Shown piece after piece: positions 50,864 to 60,270 of a stretch of 64,000 bases of DNA. Where the stretch lies: contig CAWGIE010000026.1 of NCBI GenBank assembly GCA_963822585.1, forward strand, positions 288,001 to 352,000. Direction: 5' to 3'. Position 1 is the first letter of the stretch. Every line of letters begins with the position of its first letter. The position numbers and the translations under genes were made by a program. The DNA is from an uncultured bacterium (GTDB lineage Bacteria > Auribacterota > Erginobacteria > Erginobacterales > Erginobacteraceae). The notes under the pieces were generated by a model, which saw only the letters and a program-made list of their open reading frames with translations, searched no databases and had not been told where the DNA came from.

Positions 50864-51772
50864 TTATCTATTAGACGAAGATGAATGGTTTTTATTCGTT
50901 TCCGGCCCGGGAACCAGGACCGTCAGGGCACCGGGGAGCAACTCTATCCGCGCGGGAGTACGCCCGATATAATCTCCGTCCGCCTGGAGGGGCAAACCGG
51001 GAGCATCAACCCGGATGGTCTTCGCCCTGACGATGGTGACATCGGGCAGTGTATGATGATTTTTTCTCAGCACACCCCAGAAATATCGGAGGTAATCTCG
51101 GCGATTGCCTTTCCCGAACAGACAACAATGAAGACACCCGTCGTCGATGCGAGCGGAGGGCGTGATCTGGTGGAGACCGCCGTAGAAACGGGCATTGGAG
51201 ATAACCGCGGCGTAACCGGTCAGTTCCCGTTTCCCGTCGAGGAGAAGCGTGAAAGGATGGGGACGAAAAGTCATTACCGCTTTTAACCCGGCCACATGAT
51301 AGGCGTACCGCTTGATGAATTTCTTCAGGGTCGGGTTAACGATCCTCACTGCTTCAGCGTCAAGGCCGATGCTGATCATGACCGAGAAATACCGTTTGTT
51401 GACGACCCCGAGATCTATCCGGCGAGTATGACCGCCGGTAATGATGCCGACTGCCGCGTCAAGATCATCGGGAATGCCCAGCTCCAGGGCCAGCACGTTG
51501 CTCAGACCGGCGGGGATAATGCCCAGACGAACCCGGGAGCCGACAAGACCGTTAATGACCTCGTTCAGGGTCCCATCTCCGCCTACCGAGATAACCAGTT
51601 CATTCCCCTCCCCTACCGCTCGCCGGGCCAGCGCGGTTGCTTCCAGCGGGGCCGTCGTGGAGCAGACCGAAACCTGGCAACCGTGCCGGGCCAGTTCTTC
51701 TCGCATCCACTGCAAACGTCCGGGATAACAAATCCGGCTGGAGACCGGGTTAATGATGACGGCGGCTTTCAT
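50864..51772 (-). CDS. YegS/BmrU diacylglycerol-kinase family lipid kinase
   Basis: IINPVS, GGDGTLNEV, PAGLSNVLA, NARFYGG, QADGD. Confidence 0.92.
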   Translation of the reverse strand: MKAAVIINPVSSRICYPGRLQWMREELARHGCQVSVCSTTAPLEATALARRAVGEGNELVISVGGDGTLNEVINGLVGSRVRLGIIPAGLSNVLALELGIPDDLDAAVGIITGGHTRRIDLGVVNKRYFSVMISIGLDAEAVRIVNPTLKKFIKRYAYHVAGLKAVMTFRPHPFTLLLDGKRELTGYAAVISNARFYGGLHQITPSARIDDGCLHCCLFGKGNRRDYLRYFWGVLRKNHHTLPDVTIVRAKTIRVDAPGLPLQADGDYIGRTPARIELLPGALTVLVPGPETNKNHSSSSNR

Positions 51773-51850
51773 TATAAACTAGCTCGCTACGCTCGCTACT
51801 TTATGTGAGCCCTCCCGATTGATTCAATCGGGAGGGCTGTTGGTTAAACA
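51773..51850 (-). repeat. Leader repeat family B, copy 1
   Basis: Hairpin gccctcccgattg-att-caatcgggagggc plus tagctcgctacgctcgctacttta, adjoining the ATG of the lipid kinase. Confidence 0.85.
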
Positions 51851-52005
51851 GTGCTATCTTCTTGAATGCACCGTCACAAAAGGTATTCCTCACCACAGCC
51901 AACAATTACCATCATGGTTATAGGTCATGAATCGATGGCGTAGAGCGACTTACTATTTTTTTGCTTTACTACTTTATCATGATTACGAAGTAGGGAATTG
52001 ACTCT

Positions 52006-52060
52006 TTTCTTATTTCCCTTCCTGTTCTTTCTCTAAAAAATCAGGAAGGGAAATAAGAAA
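52006..52060 (-). terminator. 19-bp perfect inverted repeat adjoining a stop codon
   Basis: TTTCTTATTTCCCTTCCTG ... CAGGAAGGGAAATAAGAAA. Confidence 0.55.
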
Positions 52061-53191
52061 TTACAGCGAATCCTGCCATTCTTTCTCAAGATCGGAGACG
52101 GGCATCAGAAATTCAGCCTCAATAATTTCCTTCCACCCCCCTCCCCTCTTCAACTCTTCCAGGATTCTGTTGATCCTCCAGAATCCATATCGCCGGATCA
52201 AATAATCCACCAGGGAATACGCCTCGGCGTAGGCAAGCTGGACCCGCTCTGATTTCTGGTCGAATCCAAGAGCTTCATCAAGCTGGGAAAGGGGAATCAA
52301 ATGGCCGGGACGGAGCTTCTCCGCGCCTGTTCCCTGTTCAATCGGGGAGACCTTTGACTCCTGGTATCGGGCAAGCCCTTCATGAAGCCACCGGGGACAG
52401 TTATTCCCGGTTTCATCATTGATCAGGGCATGGGTATATTCATGCCAGAGTATCCTCTTGATCTCGCCAACATCCTCTCCCTTGCCGTCGACCGGGAGTC
52501 TGATCTTGCCGTCATAAAGGGCACCCACCCAGTGGGGGGCATCCCTAACCTGAGAGAACTCCTCCGGAGTATAGAGGAGCACCACAATCGAGCGGGTCGG
52601 ATAATAATTGAAGTCATATCCTATCTCCTGATACGCCTCCAAAAGATAGCTCTGGATATCATTCACGCTGTATTCCGTGTCCCGTGAATGGAAGCGGATG
52701 TCGAAGTTCGCCAGCGTCGATCTATCCAGTTTTTCCTCGACCAAAGCCTCCTTCTCCAGCTTCTCCAGCATCCCCGCCAGCTCCCGGTCATCCGGCTGAA
52801 GGGATAATGCCTTTTGCCAGTACCGGGCGGCATCATCCATGCTCTGTGAAAAATAGGCGATCTCCCCCAGCATGCGAAGAGCGGTTACATTCACCGGGTC
52901 TCTATCCAGTACTTCGATGAATGTATCCCGGGCCCGGGAGAGCTCACGTTCCCGGTAATATCGACCCCCCAGGCCGATCAGCAACTGAATCCGGGCCTGC
53001 GGCAACGAAGGATTCCCGGGGTCGCCAAGCTCGATCATATCGAGATAATCAAGCGCACCGGCATAATCGCCCCGCGCCGCCGATTGTTCGAGCAACTCCC
53101 GCCATTTCTCCCCGGATGAATCACCGGCGATGGACGGGGCCGCGGGCACCAGCATGAGAGCGCCCACCAAAATGGATACCCATCGAATCAT
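52061..53191 (-). CDS. TPR protein with a peptidase MA (gluzincin-like) domain
   Basis: Signal peptide, TPR helices, LWHEYTHAL (HExxH) and PRWLHEGLA. Confidence 0.85.
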   Translation of the reverse strand: MIRWVSILVGALMLVPAAPSIAGDSSGEKWRELLEQSAARGDYAGALDYLDMIELGDPGNPSLPQARIQLLIGLGGRYYRERELSRARDTFIEVLDRDPVNVTALRMLGEIAYFSQSMDDAARYWQKALSLQPDDRELAGMLEKLEKEALVEEKLDRSTLANFDIRFHSRDTEYSVNDIQSYLLEAYQEIGYDFNYYPTRSIVVLLYTPEEFSQVRDAPHWVGALYDGKIRLPVDGKGEDVGEIKRILWHEYTHALINDETGNNCPRWLHEGLARYQESKVSPIEQGTGAEKLRPGHLIPLSQLDEALGFDQKSERVQLAYAEAYSLVDYLIRRYGFWRINRILEELKRGGGWKEIIEAEFLMPVSDLEKEWQDSL

Positions 53192-53239
53192 ACCTTCGTT
53201 CCTGAAATCCTGACCTCTCCAGACCTCGGTTGCCGATAG

Positions 53240-54016
53240 TCACAGATGATTCCTGGCCTGATGGAGAAAATCTTTTTCCCGCTCTTTCAGTCCCTCCCAC
53301 CCTTCCCGGGCCAGCTTATCCAGTATCCGGTTAAGTTCTTCCCGGTACCCGTCATTGTTCTCCGGGGAACTCCGGACGGTAAAGGCGCCCCGGACCTTCC
53401 TCCGCATCCAGTCCGGCCATTTCAAATAAATAAATCCCACCAAGGCTCCGCCCAGATGGGCAAAATGGGCTATCCCCCCTCCCCCGCTTCCTCCTAGAAG
53501 AAAAAACAACTCCAGACCGGTTAAGATGATCACCAATTGCCGGGCTTTCATCCGCACCGGGAGGACGAAAAAAAGCAGCAGAGTAATCACCCGGTTCGGG
53601 AAGAGCATTCCATAGGCCAGGAGTAACCCGAAAAGGGCGCCGGAGGCTCCTATCATCGGCGAACCGGTCCCCCAGATAAACGGGATCGAGCATATTCCGG
53701 CGCCAATCCCCGAAATAAAGTAGTAGCGGAGAAAGAACGGCGTTCCCCAGTATACCTCCAGCTCCCGGCCGAAGAAATACAGTATCACCATATTGAAAAA
53801 TAGATGAAACAGGTCTCCATGAACAAAGAGATAGGTGACAAACTGATAGATCGATAAGCGGGTGAACGCCGAGGGGACGGAAAGCCCGAATATCAAATCA
53901 TAGCGGTACGCGCCCCACAACTGCCCCAGGATGAAGCTCCCGACATTGATCAAAAGAAGCGCTTTAACAGCGGGCGGAAGCGTTGCGAAGAATAAAGAGC
54001 GAGGTTTCGGAACCAC
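53240..54016 (-). CDS. Rhomboid intramembrane serine protease
   Basis: HLFFNM, IGASG, AHFAHLGG. Confidence 0.93.
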   Translation of the reverse strand: MVPKPRSLFFATLPPAVKALLLINVGSFILGQLWGAYRYDLIFGLSVPSAFTRLSIYQFVTYLFVHGDLFHLFFNMVILYFFGRELEVYWGTPFFLRYYFISGIGAGICSIPFIWGTGSPMIGASGALFGLLLAYGMLFPNRVITLLLFFVLPVRMKARQLVIILTGLELFFLLGGSGGGGIAHFAHLGGALVGFIYLKWPDWMRRKVRGAFTVRSSPENNDGYREELNRILDKLAREGWEGLKEREKDFLHQARNHL

Positions 54017-54065
54017 TGAATTTTAACCGCCTAAGCGGAAATGCACGAGATTTCCCAGAAATTTC

Positions 54066-54383
54066 TTAAAAGTCAGTTATTTTATCCAGCCGTTCCTGGG
54101 CCGTTTTGTCATTGGGATCAATCGAGAGTATCTCCAGGTAAAGCTTCTTGGCACTGTCGATCTCTTTCTGAGCTTCCCTGGTTACGGCATAGTTGAAGAG
54201 CAGGGAAATATCGCGGGGAGCGGTTTTCAGTCCCCGTTGATAGATATCGACTGCTTTATCATAATCGGCATTCAGAAAATAAAGCTTACCCAGGCGGACA
54301 TAGTTGTCCGCTTTGCCGGGATCTTTTTCAAGCGCTTCCAGCAGCTTTTTTTCTTTACGATCGAAAAAACGCACATTTGTCAT
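54066..54383 (-). CDS. Small TPR protein
   Basis: YVRLGKLYF..YDKAVDIY..P and LFNYA..AKKLY..ILSIDP. Confidence 0.8.
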   Translation of the reverse strand: MTNVRFFDRKEKKLLEALEKDPGKADNYVRLGKLYFLNADYDKAVDIYQRGLKTAPRDISLLFNYAVTREAQKEIDSAKKLYLEILSIDPNDKTAQERLDKITDF

Positions 54384-54433
54384 GAGAAACGGCCCACTTA
54401 ACCGGTATTATTGTTTTTCTTTTAACTGAACTC

Positions 54434-54533
54434 CTAGTGTAGTGCGTCTAACGCTTCTTTACATATGGCTAGACACTCAAAGCATTTTCCCCGAATAGAT
54501 ATTAGTAAAAGGATATCTGACGCACTACACTAG
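54434..54533. mobile_element. 100-bp MITE-like element
   Basis: Perfect 15-bp terminal IR CTAGTGTAGTGCGTC / GACGCACTACACTAG. Confidence 0.7.
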
Positions 54534-55216
54534 ATTGATTTAAACTTCTCGATGTTTTTCTCTTCCCCGATGATTACCAGGGTGTCGTTCTCTTCCAGAA
54601 CCTCGTCGGCCCGGGGGGCAATGATCAGGTTGTCTTTCAGTTCCGATTGGCCGTTTTTGTCCAGTTGCGGCGCCTGCCGCCGAAGAGCGACGATGTCGAT
54701 CCCGAAGCGGGAACGGACGTTCGCTTCTACCAGGGTCTGTCCCCGGAGCGACTTGGGGACTTTCGTTTCTACTATCCCGAAACCGGGTGAAACCTGGATA
54801 TAGTCGAAGATGGTCGGGGATACCAGTGAATTGGCTACCCGGACGCCCATATCCCTTTCCGGGAAGACAATCCGGTCGGCCCCGATCCGGCTCAGTATTT
54901 TTTTATCCGCCTGACTGACGGCCTTGGCAACAACCGTCTTCACCCCCATCTCTTTCAACTGCATGGTCACCAGGATGCTCGCCTCCAGATTGCTCCCGAT
55001 GGCGACCACGGCGACATCCATCTCACCGAGTTCCAGGCCTTCCAGGGCCATGTCATCGGTAACGTCCACTTGAATCGCCTGAGTGACAATCTCACTCATT
55101 CTCTGCACGACCTGTTCGTCTTTGTCCAGGACCATCACCTGCTTCCCTTTCTGAGCCAGGGTCTGAGCGACGGCACTCCCGAAGCTTCCGGCACCTATGA
55201 CGACAAATTCCTTCAT
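54530..55216 (-). CDS. ktrA: Trk/Ktr potassium uptake NAD-binding (RCK) subunit
   Basis: VIGAGSFG, VAIGSNLEAS, IGADRIVFPERDMG. Confidence 0.9.
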   Translation of the reverse strand: MKEFVVIGAGSFGSAVAQTLAQKGKQVMVLDKDEQVVQRMSEIVTQAIQVDVTDDMALEGLELGEMDVAVVAIGSNLEASILVTMQLKEMGVKTVVAKAVSQADKKILSRIGADRIVFPERDMGVRVANSLVSPTIFDYIQVSPGFGIVETKVPKSLRGQTLVEANVRSRFGIDIVALRRQAPQLDKNGQSELKDNLIIAPRADEVLEENDTLVIIGEEKNIEKFKSI

Positions 55217-55291
55217 AATATAAATTAGCTCGCTCCGCTCGCTACTTTATCTGGCCCCCGATTGCATCAATCGGGGGCTGGTAATTAAACA
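55217..55291 (-). repeat. Leader repeat family B, copy 2
   Basis: Hairpin gcccccgattg-cat-caatcgggggc plus tagctcgctccgctcgctacttta, adjoining the ATG of ktrA. Confidence 0.85.
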
Positions 55292-55359
55292 TTCCGAAAC
55301 GGTATCCAAATATATGCTTATACTATCATAAGATAGAAAAAATCTGTGATTTTTTCTAC

Positions 55360-56745
55360 TTAACCGACCATCACCGATTCCTCCGGATACCGGATCAGCA
55401 TCGCGGGTCGATTCCGGCGACCGATCAGAAGGGCGAGAGTCAGGGGGCCGATTCTCCCCACGTACATAGTGAGGATAATAACAAACTTCCCCGGGTAGGA
55501 GAGGTGGGGCGTGATCCCGGTGGAGAGTCCGACCGTTCCGAAGGCGGACACCGTTTCAAAAAAGATCTCTCCCATGTAACCGGTATGGCAGAACTGACGT
55601 ACGGTGGAGGCTTCGACCAAAAAAAGCACGGTGCAGGAAATAAAGATAATGGCCAGAGAAATAACCGCGATGCTGATGGCTTTCACCGCGATTTGATCCT
55701 CGATGCTCCGACGCCAGAGCACAACCTGCTTCTTCCCCGTCACCATGGTGTACACCGATGCCAGGATCACGGCGAACGTACAGGTCTTGATCCCGCCGCC
55801 GGTGCCGCTGGGCGAAGCTCCGATAAACATCATCGCGATCGTAATCCAGAGGCTGGCCGGATTGAGCCGGTCAACCGGCAAGGTATTGAAACCGGCCGTG
55901 CGGGGGGTAACGGCCTGGAAGAAACAGCGCGAGATCTTCTCTCCCAGCGGCATACCTTTCAGAGTATTTCCCCATTCCGTCGCCATCAGGAAAATAAACA
56001 TGATCAACAGGAGAACTCCGCTCATGATGAGGGCTATCTTCGTCTGGAGCCGCAGGCGCCCGCGGCGGGTGCGATCTTTCCGCCAGAAATAAAAATGAGT
56101 GATGTTATACCAGACCACGAACCCGATTCCGCCCAGCAGGATCAGACCCCCCATGATCCCGGTTATGCACCAGTCGTCCCCGAAACGCATCAGGCTGTCG
56201 GAGAAAAGAGAGAAGCCGGCGTTGCAGAAGGCGGAGACGGAGTGAAAAACTCCGTAGGCCAGCGCCCGGTGAATCGGATAGTGATAGGCGCGATGAAATC
56301 TCCAGGCCAGAAGAGCCGCTCCGATCGCCTCCAGGAAAACGGTCATACCCACGATTAGAAGGATGAGGCCTTTGACCCCCGTGACCTTCTTCTCTCCCAG
56401 CGTGTCCTGCATCATGATCCGGTCCTTCAGCGTGAGACGCCTCCCGAGCATGATCAGGAAGAAGGTGGACATGGTCATGATCCCCAATCCCCCCAGCTGG
56501 ATCAGGACCAGAATGACCGCCCGGCCAAAGGGAGTAAAAAACCTGCCTGTATCCACAACGATCAGACCGGTCACACAGGTCGCGGAGGCCGCGGTGAAGA
56601 GGGCATCCACAATATTCATGCATCCCGGCGTATAGGTGGAAAACGGGAGGACCAGCAACACCGTGCCGAGCAGTATCACCCCCAAAAAAGAGAGAATAAT
56701 CAATCGGGGGGGGTTGATCCGTGATTGTCCGATGGATGGTTTCAT
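55360..56745 (-). CDS. ktrB: Trk/Ktr potassium uptake membrane subunit
   Basis: SATCVTGL, SAFCNAGF, PRTAGF, GTGGGIK, SAFGTVGLS, GRIGPLT. Confidence 0.93.
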   Translation of the reverse strand: MKPSIGQSRINPPRLIILSFLGVILLGTVLLVLPFSTYTPGCMNIVDALFTAASATCVTGLIVVDTGRFFTPFGRAVILVLIQLGGLGIMTMSTFFLIMLGRRLTLKDRIMMQDTLGEKKVTGVKGLILLIVGMTVFLEAIGAALLAWRFHRAYHYPIHRALAYGVFHSVSAFCNAGFSLFSDSLMRFGDDWCITGIMGGLILLGGIGFVVWYNITHFYFWRKDRTRRGRLRLQTKIALIMSGVLLLIMFIFLMATEWGNTLKGMPLGEKISRCFFQAVTPRTAGFNTLPVDRLNPASLWITIAMMFIGASPSGTGGGIKTCTFAVILASVYTMVTGKKQVVLWRRSIEDQIAVKAISIAVISLAIIFISCTVLFLVEASTVRQFCHTGYMGEIFFETVSAFGTVGLSTGITPHLSYPGKFVIILTMYVGRIGPLTLALLIGRRNRPAMLIRYPEESVMVG

Positions 56746-56886
56746 GAGGATATTTTTGCCTTGGAAAAAAATCGTAGTGAAGGATAACATAAACTAACCA
56801 CTGTTCAACCCAAATTAATTTGACTCCCGGTTGATCACTATGATAACGTTAATCCGGTTACCTCATTAACATTATAAAAGGAGGAA

Positions 56887-58620
56887 ATGATGGACCCCGT
56901 CAAGCTTTCACTGAGCAAGATACGAACATTTCTCCAGTGTCCCTTAAAATACAAGCTGGCCCATATCGACCAGGTTTCGGTAAAGCCCAAAGCCAGTCCC
57001 GGCCTCAGTTTCTATCAGGCCCTTCACAACGCCCTGGAATACTTCCATAAAGAGGGGTCGACCACCCTCCCTTCAGAAGCTTTCCTCCTCAACTTGCTCG
57101 CCCGCAACTGGGATGCTTCCGGTTACGCAGACGCCGGCGAAGAGAAGCAGTACCGGGGGCTGGGGGAGACCATTCTGAAAGAATTCTACCGGACCTATTC
57201 GGCGGAGAAACATAATGTCAAATACCTGAGCTTGATGATCAAGGTCAAAACAAAAAAATGCTTTATCTCCTCCCGGGTGGACCGAGTCGATCTGCTCCCC
57301 GATGGAACGTATGAGGTCATTAACTACAAAACGGGAAAGAACGTTCTGGAACCGGCAGAGTTAGCCCGCGATATGCAGGCGGTCATCGTGTATTTGGGGG
57401 CAAACGCCCACAAGAGGCTGGAAGGCAAAGTCTCGAAAGTAAGCTTTTACTTTCTGCGCGCCAACCGGAAGATCAGCGTGACACCGACTACCGAGGACAT
57501 CAAGGCCGTGACCGATCTGATCGACCAGACCGCGGGCAACATCGTCAACCTGGAGAAAGGTAAAAATATCATTCTCGGCCTGTTCGACCGTCTCTTACCG
57601 GAATCGAAGAAGATATCGGGAAACATCGACGATCCGCTGGCGCTGGCAGAGAAAGGCGCCCTCTGCAATTCCTGCGAATACCTTGAGGTCTGTCCGGCGT
57701 GGCCGGTAACTCCCCGGGATATCGTCGGAGAAACAGAGGACGTCTTCCGGGAACGGATCCGGCTCAGCTACTCCAAGCTCAGTTCCTACAAACGATGCCC
57801 CCGAGCCTGGAAAAATTCGTACCTGGACGGCAAGTTCAGTCGGGAGGCAAAGCCATTCTTTTCTTTCGGAACCGCCATCCACGAGGCGTTCGAGAATTAC
57901 TACGATCCGCACGGCGCCAAAAAATCCTCCCTCAAGCACCTTCTCGGCCTCTGGGACACGGCTTTCCATAACAACGCCGAAGGATACCGTGATGAGGAAG
58001 AGCAAAAGAAATACTACAACCAGGGTGTAGACCAGTTAACCAGGTATCACAAGCACTACTGCGCGGACGGGAAATACCGTCCCGCTCACGCCATCGAAGC
58101 CTACTTCGAAGTTCCCCTGGGTAAAAACGCGGTCATGACCGGTTTCGTTGACCGGATCGATCAGGTGGATGAGGACACGTTTGAGATCCTGGACTATAAA
58201 ACGGAACCGACGCGCCGCAGCCAGCAGGCCGTTGATGAGGACGATCAGCTGACCATCTATTTCTGGGCCTGCCAGACCCTTTTCTCCCTGAAAATCAAGC
58301 AGCTCTCCCTGCTCATGACCAACTTCGACGAACAGATTATCACCACCAGGAACGAGGAAGACTTCCCGGAAGTCGTCGCCGCCATTGACGCGGTGGCCGC
58401 CGAGATGAAGGAAAATATAAAGCTCTTCCAGGATAATTACTCTCCCGACGAAACAGAGAGCATTTACTTTCCCCCGAAGAAAAACAAATACTGCAAGAGC
58501 TGCGACATCCTTGAAACCTGCGCCCTCAAGCCGGAGATCATGGGGGACACTTCCCTCCGAACGATGGAGTATACCGACGGCGATCTGGAAGAGCAGATGG
58601 CGACTTCGGAATATGAATAA
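56887..58620 (+). CDS. Tandem PD-(D/E)XK (RecB/Cas4/AddB-like) Fe-S nuclease
   Basis: Two repeats: LSLSKI..FLQCP...VDRVD..INYKTG...CNSCEYLEVC and LSYSKL..YKRCP...VDRID..LDYKT...CKSCDILETC; AGGAGG SD. Confidence 0.85.
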   Translation: MMDPVKLSLSKIRTFLQCPLKYKLAHIDQVSVKPKASPGLSFYQALHNALEYFHKEGSTTLPSEAFLLNLLARNWDASGYADAGEEKQYRGLGETILKEFYRTYSAEKHNVKYLSLMIKVKTKKCFISSRVDRVDLLPDGTYEVINYKTGKNVLEPAELARDMQAVIVYLGANAHKRLEGKVSKVSFYFLRANRKISVTPTTEDIKAVTDLIDQTAGNIVNLEKGKNIILGLFDRLLPESKKISGNIDDPLALAEKGALCNSCEYLEVCPAWPVTPRDIVGETEDVFRERIRLSYSKLSSYKRCPRAWKNSYLDGKFSREAKPFFSFGTAIHEAFENYYDPHGAKKSSLKHLLGLWDTAFHNNAEGYRDEEEQKKYYNQGVDQLTRYHKHYCADGKYRPAHAIEAYFEVPLGKNAVMTGFVDRIDQVDEDTFEILDYKTEPTRRSQQAVDEDDQLTIYFWACQTLFSLKIKQLSLLMTNFDEQIITTRNEEDFPEVVAAIDAVAAEMKENIKLFQDNYSPDETESIYFPPKKNKYCKSCDILETCALKPEIMGDTSLRTMEYTDGDLEEQMATSEYE

Positions 58621-58719
58621 TTTATCTTTCTCCGGAGTATTCGACTCCGGGAAAAATAAATGAGGGAGCATTTTTCAGCAACGCGACAGTAGTTTCCATT
58701 GCTTAGTTGGAAAGCCGGT

Positions 58720-58752
58720 TGTTGAATGTTGGACGTTCGAAGTTGAACGTTC
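58720..58752. repeat. Heptamer tandem array
   Basis: gttgaat gttggac gttcgaa gttgaac gttc. Confidence 0.65.
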
Positions 58753-58767
58753 CGGCTTTTTCCTCCC

Positions 58768-60144
58768 TTACCAGCCTCTCAGTTCGTGGAGATACCGCTT
58801 GATCAGATCCGCCTGGGGGGATTCGGGGACCAGGCTCAGATACCTCCGGAGATGATGAGCGGCCGCGGCCCGGTCCTTCTTCCCGTATGCCAGAATGCCC
58901 GCGTTCAATCGAGCCGGAGCATAGTCGGGGTCGATCCGGAAAAGGCGGACGTATTGCTGCAGGGCCTTGCTCCTCTCCCCCGCCATGCTGTAAGCAACCG
59001 CGAGATTGTAGCGTGAAGGGAGGAAGAACGGATCCTCGGCCAGGGCCTCCCGGTAAAGAGCGATCGCTTCATCGTATCTTCCCTCTGACTGCATCCGGGC
59101 CGCGGAGGCGAACAGAGCAGGGACTCCCTCGGGAGGGAGTTCGGTTAAAAAGGCTAATTCCGGGTCAAGACGCCGAGCTTCGGCCAGTTCCCGATCCCCC
59201 TCCTCGGCCCTCTCCAGCCCCCGGTAAACAACACCCAGATTATAATGCCAGCGGGCGATGGCCGGTTCCAGAATGCTCAGGCGTTCGAAATAGTCCCGGG
59301 CCCCAGCCAGGTCATCCCGTTCGTAGGAAAGGTTGGCCAGGGCGATCAGCGCTTCCCGGTACTCCGGATTGTCCCGGAGAGCCTTTCCATAGAGAAGCAG
59401 CGCTTCTTCATCCCGTCCCTGGCGGGAGGCGATATGGCCGAGACAGTAATTCACCGAGGCCGGATCGGCGCCCTGCTGCCCCGCTGTTTCCAGATAACGG
59501 CGGGCGCTTTCGAGATCCCCCTGGTCCAGGCAAAGCACACCGGCCAGGTAAGCGGCGGCGGCTGATTCGGGCATATATTCCAGAACGTGCCTGATCTCGG
59601 CCAGGCTTTGGTCAATCTTTCCTTGCTGGTAAAGGATCCGCGCCTTCCGGTAACGAAGCGCGGCCGTCTCCGGCTGCAGCCGGAGGGCTGCATCGTAATG
59701 GGTCAGCGCCTGTTCAAAATCTCCGCGTTTTTCGTAGAGAACGCCAGTCAGATACTCGGCATTAAAATGATAGAGGTGTCCCGGATGAGATCGAGCGAGG
59801 CGGTCAGCCGCATCCCGGTAATAGCGGAGCGCCTGATCATCGTCACCCTCTTCCTGACAGCAGTAGCCCAACTCATAGAGGAGTCTCCCGTCATCGGCCC
59901 CTCCGGCCACCGCCGCTTCCAACTTAACGCGTGCCTGGCCGACTTCATGCTTCTGAAAATTCAGGCGACCTTCCCGGGCCGGGGTTAACCACTGATGCTT
60001 CTGCTCCCATTGTTCGAGATATTTCCAGGAGACATCCGGATGAAGACGCATCCAGCGGGTCTGCGCAGATACAGACAATGAGAGAAAAAACAGACACGTA
60101 ATGGCAAATGCTATCTTGCTGATCATTTTTTCCAAGGAAGTCAT
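58768..60144 (-). CDS. Exported multi-TPR protein
   Basis: Signal peptide followed by about 10 TPR motifs (e.g. WHYNLGVVY, RYNLAVAY). Confidence 0.88.
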   Translation of the reverse strand: MTSLEKMISKIAFAITCLFFLSLSVSAQTRWMRLHPDVSWKYLEQWEQKHQWLTPAREGRLNFQKHEVGQARVKLEAAVAGGADDGRLLYELGYCCQEEGDDDQALRYYRDAADRLARSHPGHLYHFNAEYLTGVLYEKRGDFEQALTHYDAALRLQPETAALRYRKARILYQQGKIDQSLAEIRHVLEYMPESAAAAYLAGVLCLDQGDLESARRYLETAGQQGADPASVNYCLGHIASRQGRDEEALLLYGKALRDNPEYREALIALANLSYERDDLAGARDYFERLSILEPAIARWHYNLGVVYRGLERAEEGDRELAEARRLDPELAFLTELPPEGVPALFASAARMQSEGRYDEAIALYREALAEDPFFLPSRYNLAVAYSMAGERSKALQQYVRLFRIDPDYAPARLNAGILAYGKKDRAAAAHHLRRYLSLVPESPQADLIKRYLHELRGW

Positions 60145-60270
60145 GGTTGCTTTATTCCTCCACTACGGCCCCTTTTTAACAGACGATTGAATGTGATTGA
60201 ATAGGATTGTTCGCTATATAGAAATCTTCCCGATCTTCGCGGTTCTCATTGATTTGTTTTCAATGTGATA

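Noticed and set aside
56746..56886. c-di-AMP (ydaO) riboswitch upstream of ktrB
   Set aside because: The spacer is short, AT-rich and divergent, with no recognisable riboswitch structure.
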